Below are positions 61,228 through 64,000 of a stretch of 64,000 nucleotides of DNA, one piece after another; position 1 is the first letter of the stretch, and each line of letters begins with the position of its first letter. A program made the position numbers and the translations under genes. The notes below the pieces were generated by a model. It was given only the letters and a program-made list of their open reading frames with translations. It was not told the origin of the DNA and did no database searches. This DNA is from Syntrophorhabdaceae bacterium. Lineage in GTDB: Bacteria > Desulfobacterota > Syntrophorhabdia > Syntrophorhabdales > Syntrophorhabdaceae. The DNA is taken from assembly GCA_963665295.1 (NCBI GenBank), contig OY762209.1, positions 2,912,001 to 2,976,000 on the forward strand. Reading direction: 5' to 3'.

Positions 61228-62121
61228 TTATGGCGCCGGATACCGTGACATGGCCTCCCTTATTTTCGGGAGCGCCTTTCTCGCTGCCTTCATACCTTCC
61301 TCTATCAAAAGCTTCTTCTGCGAGAAATCGAACATGGAGACGCCCTTGGCGTCGGGTTCTATCACCACATCCGCGTATTGAAGTTTCGCTTTGCTGCTCT
61401 CGTGCATCATGATGCTCGCGGACTGACCTATGATGTCGATGAGAGAGCTCAGGTTGTAGTCTTTAATGTCCTTCGAAAGGTTTACGGCGATGACGATGTC
61501 CGCCCCTTTGTTCTTTGCGATGTCACAGGGGATATTGTCTGTGACCCCTCCGTCCACGAGGAGTCGGCTCCCGAAGTTGACGGGGACGAATATTCCCGGT
61601 ATTGCGGAAGATGCCCTTATGGCCTTTGCGAGGGAGCCCTTTTCGAGGGTAACCGTCTCCCCTGTATTGATGTCCGTGGCAACCGGGTAGAAGGGGATCT
61701 TTGTATCCTCCACCTTTCTCGCCTTGACTGTCTGTTCCACGAACGCCTCGAGTCTGGCCCCCTGTACAGGCCCCCATTTCGAGTTTACCAGGGAGAGGTC
61801 AAGTATGTCGTTTCGCTCTATCTTGGATGCCGTCCATTCGAGTTGGAAGCTTTCCGGGTTGGCGGCATAGATCCCCCCGATGAGACTTCCCACACTGGTC
61901 CCCACAATCATGTGGATCGGAATCTTCTCCTGCTCCAGGACGCGAATCACCCCCACGTGGGCGAAACCCTTGGCTGCTCCTCCACCAAGAACCAGCGCGA
62001 TTCTGGGAGCGCCTGTCCTTGCTTTCCCGGGAAGGGACTGACAGGCGCAAAGGAGTGACGTTGATATCAGTAAAAGAAGGAGATGGGTGAAATATTTAGC
62101 GAGGCGCCCTGAGTCCCACAT
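61228..62121 (-). CDS. Patatin-like phospholipase (lipoprotein)
   Basis: LGGGAAKG, GTSVG, DGG; lipobox LCAC. Confidence 0.93.
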   Translation of the reverse strand: MWDSGRLAKYFTHLLLLLISTSLLCACQSLPGKARTGAPRIALVLGGGAAKGFAHVGVIRVLEQEKIPIHMIVGTSVGSLIGGIYAANPESFQLEWTASKIERNDILDLSLVNSKWGPVQGARLEAFVEQTVKARKVEDTKIPFYPVATDINTGETVTLEKGSLAKAIRASSAIPGIFVPVNFGSRLLVDGGVTDNIPCDIAKNKGADIVIAVNLSKDIKDYNLSSLIDIIGQSASIMMHESSKAKLQYADVVIEPDAKGVSMFDFSQKKLLIEEGMKAARKALPKIREAMSRYPAP

Positions 62122-62740
62122 ATGGATTATAGGCCTTTTCTCTCCCTATGGTGCTTTTGGGGGTTTCGCCATAATTATGTCCCGACGCAACCACGGTGTC
62201 GTCAGGCAGGGTGAAGAGCTTGCTATGGACGGATCTCACGAGGGTTTCCCACGATCCTCCCGCAAGGTCGGTCCGTCCCACGCCGCCCACAAAAAGGGTG
62301 TCGCCGGTGAAAACAATACCGTTATGATAAAGGGAGATACTGCCCGGGGAATGACCCGGTGTATGGAGCACCTTGAGAGATGTCTCGCCTATGACGATGT
62401 CATCGCCTTCCTTCACGGTCTGGTCCGCGGGTGGAGACGGCTCCGCACCGAAGGAGTTCATGAGGGAAAGGGACTGCTGGACGAGACTCTGAGCCTCGAT
62501 TTCATGGATGATGATCTTCGCGTTCGTAAGGTCCTTCATCTTCTTGTTTCCCATTATATGGTCAACGTGGGAATGGGTGTTCACAATATACTTGATCGTG
62601 TAACCTCTGGTCTGGGCTTCTTTCAGAATCCGGTCGCCATCCGAGGCAGGATCTATTACAAGGGCCTCATTTGTTTTCTTACAGGCCACGATATATGCGA
62701 AGACTGCAAACCCACCGACTTCAATCTGTTTTACAAACAT
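62096..62740 (-). CDS. Metallo-beta-lactamase-fold hydrolase (glyoxalase II-like)
   Basis: THSHVDH, TPGHSPG, GDTLF, GRTD, GH. Confidence 0.92.
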   Translation of the reverse strand: MFVKQIEVGGFAVFAYIVACKKTNEALVIDPASDGDRILKEAQTRGYTIKYIVNTHSHVDHIMGNKKMKDLTNAKIIIHEIEAQSLVQQSLSLMNSFGAEPSPPADQTVKEGDDIVIGETSLKVLHTPGHSPGSISLYHNGIVFTGDTLFVGGVGRTDLAGGSWETLVRSVHSKLFTLPDDTVVASGHNYGETPKSTIGREKAYNPYVGLRAPR

Positions 62741-62956
62741 AGAAACCTCCTGAGTTGATTGATAATCATAATATTTTTCCCCATGGTTTTCAAATCATTT
62801 GATGAACGGGTGCGACCCCGGGGGGTGATTGTCCCTGACCATCCCTGGTGTTTTTGTTTTGCAAGATACCTGCGAGTATGCCAGAATATGGGAGAGACCG
62901 AGCCCGGTAAAGGCCGGACGGGAGGCTTAAGACCAATAAGACAGGCGGGAGACCAT

Positions 62957-63616
62957 ATGTATATTGAAGGGACGACGATAGACGACACATGGAGAAGCAT
63001 GATGGCAGCCTGTGTGCAGCATGGGATTGACTACATGGTGACAAAAGGGAGTTACGAGGGACAGCTCAGGAAGCAGTTCTCGAACGTAATGATCAAGATA
63101 AAGACCCCGTGGGTACGGCCCCTGGCGCCCATACTCCCACCCCACCTTCCGGGCCCCACCACGGACGAGGCGATACAGGAGTACTTCGTGGAATACCTCA
63201 TGGGCGACATAGTGAAACCTAACGAGGACTACACATACGGGAGCTTTATCGTGCCCCAGATAGACGCCGCCATCGGCATTCTGAACGCATCCCGGGGAGG
63301 TACCAACCAGGCATGTATTACGGTAGGAGACAGGCAATCCATCACCTTGGCCGACCCTCCCTGCCTCAAAGTAATTGCCTTCGACGTGATCAAGGGCAGA
63401 CTGGTCATGTCCGTTTTTTTTCGAAGCTGGGACGCGATGGCGGGTTTTCCTCAAAATATCGGGGGGCTCCAACTCCTTAAGGAATTCGTCAGGGAGCAAC
63501 TGACCTTCGACTGCGCGGATGGGGAGATATACTGTTACAGTAGCGGGCTTCATCTCTACGAGCAGTATTGGGACCTGGTGGATCAGCTATGCTACGGGGC
63601 GCGGTGCAAACCCTGA
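62957..63616 (+). CDS. Short archaeal-type thymidylate synthase-family protein
   Basis: YTYG, TNQA, DPPCL (catalytic Cys), FRSWD, GFPQN, GLHLY; start set at ATG 62957. Confidence 0.85.
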   Translation: MYIEGTTIDDTWRSMMAACVQHGIDYMVTKGSYEGQLRKQFSNVMIKIKTPWVRPLAPILPPHLPGPTTDEAIQEYFVEYLMGDIVKPNEDYTYGSFIVPQIDAAIGILNASRGGTNQACITVGDRQSITLADPPCLKVIAFDVIKGRLVMSVFFRSWDAMAGFPQNIGGLQLLKEFVREQLTFDCADGEIYCYSSGLHLYEQYWDLVDQLCYGARCKP

Positions 63617-63629
63617 TCAGGACGCGGTT

Positions 63630-64000
63630 TCAGACCTGACGGGCTTGGGCTGAGAGCTTCTGATAAGTCTCTTTGACCTTCGCCTGGATAGCTTCCAGGT
63701 TGCAGCCCTGAGTTATGGTTTCAGTCTCATAGGCGTCCGTCGCGGGGTTCACCGAGGTGAAATAGAGTTCGTCCCCCAACGTAGGTATAAGCTCGAAAAA
63801 CACCTTTCGCTGATAGAGAAAGAAGATGCCGTAATAGGTGGAGCCTATGTGGCAATCTTTGCAGTGGTAGGCGGCAAAATTCATGATTTCATTTATGATG
63901 TTCCTGAGCGCAGGTGACGGAACCCTCTTGATATGCTCCCTCACGTGAGGAGAATCAATTCTTGCGCTGATCTCCACTTCAAGAGACTGGGGGCGCTCCA
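63630..64000 (-). CDS. Hypothetical protein (frame open to window edge)
   Basis: ORF 63630-63977 continues without a stop to the edge of the window. Confidence 0.55.
   Translation of the reverse strand, partial: ERPQSLEVEISARIDSPHVREHIKRVPSPALRNIINEIMNFAAYHCKDCHIGSTYYGIFFLYQRKVFFELIPTLGDELYFTSVNPATDAYETETITQGCNLEAIQAKVKETYQKLSAQARQV

Overview
Bacterial chromosomal window with moderately high GC. The gene content (lipid A acyltransferase, Kdo-type kinase, TonB receptor, multi-PAS hybrid kinases, short archaeal-type ThyA) suggests an anaerobic diderm, possibly a deltaproteobacterium; that taxonomy is inference. Most of the window is housekeeping: lgt, tRNA-Pro, surE, miaB, hisC, cmk, ispH, rpsA, peptidoglycan-recycling enzymes, glgP, aldolase and epmA. 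Two accessory regions stand out. (1) At 45.4-49.2 kb, a stand-alone type I-C Cascade (cas5c-cas8c with internal cas11c-cas7c) has its own promoter and no cas3/cas4/cas1/cas2. It is followed by a leaderless 3-repeat/2-spacer mini-array whose repeats have diverged but keep the parts needed to make two crRNAs, so it is a candidate nuclease-free RNA-guided regulator. (2) At 1.3-9.5 kb, an IS-bounded locus has two divergent promoters, each overlapped by tandem ModE-type boxes. They drive a FecCD/MolB-like permease on one side and a methyltransferase-binding protein-TonB receptor-divergent MoeA-flavodoxin operon on the other, a candidate Mo/W or Mo-cofactor acquisition system. Also present are an internally deleted class V FBP aldolase/phosphatase pseudogene and several unusual fusions or start sites. 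All calls come from reading the sequence and recalled motifs; no searches were run.
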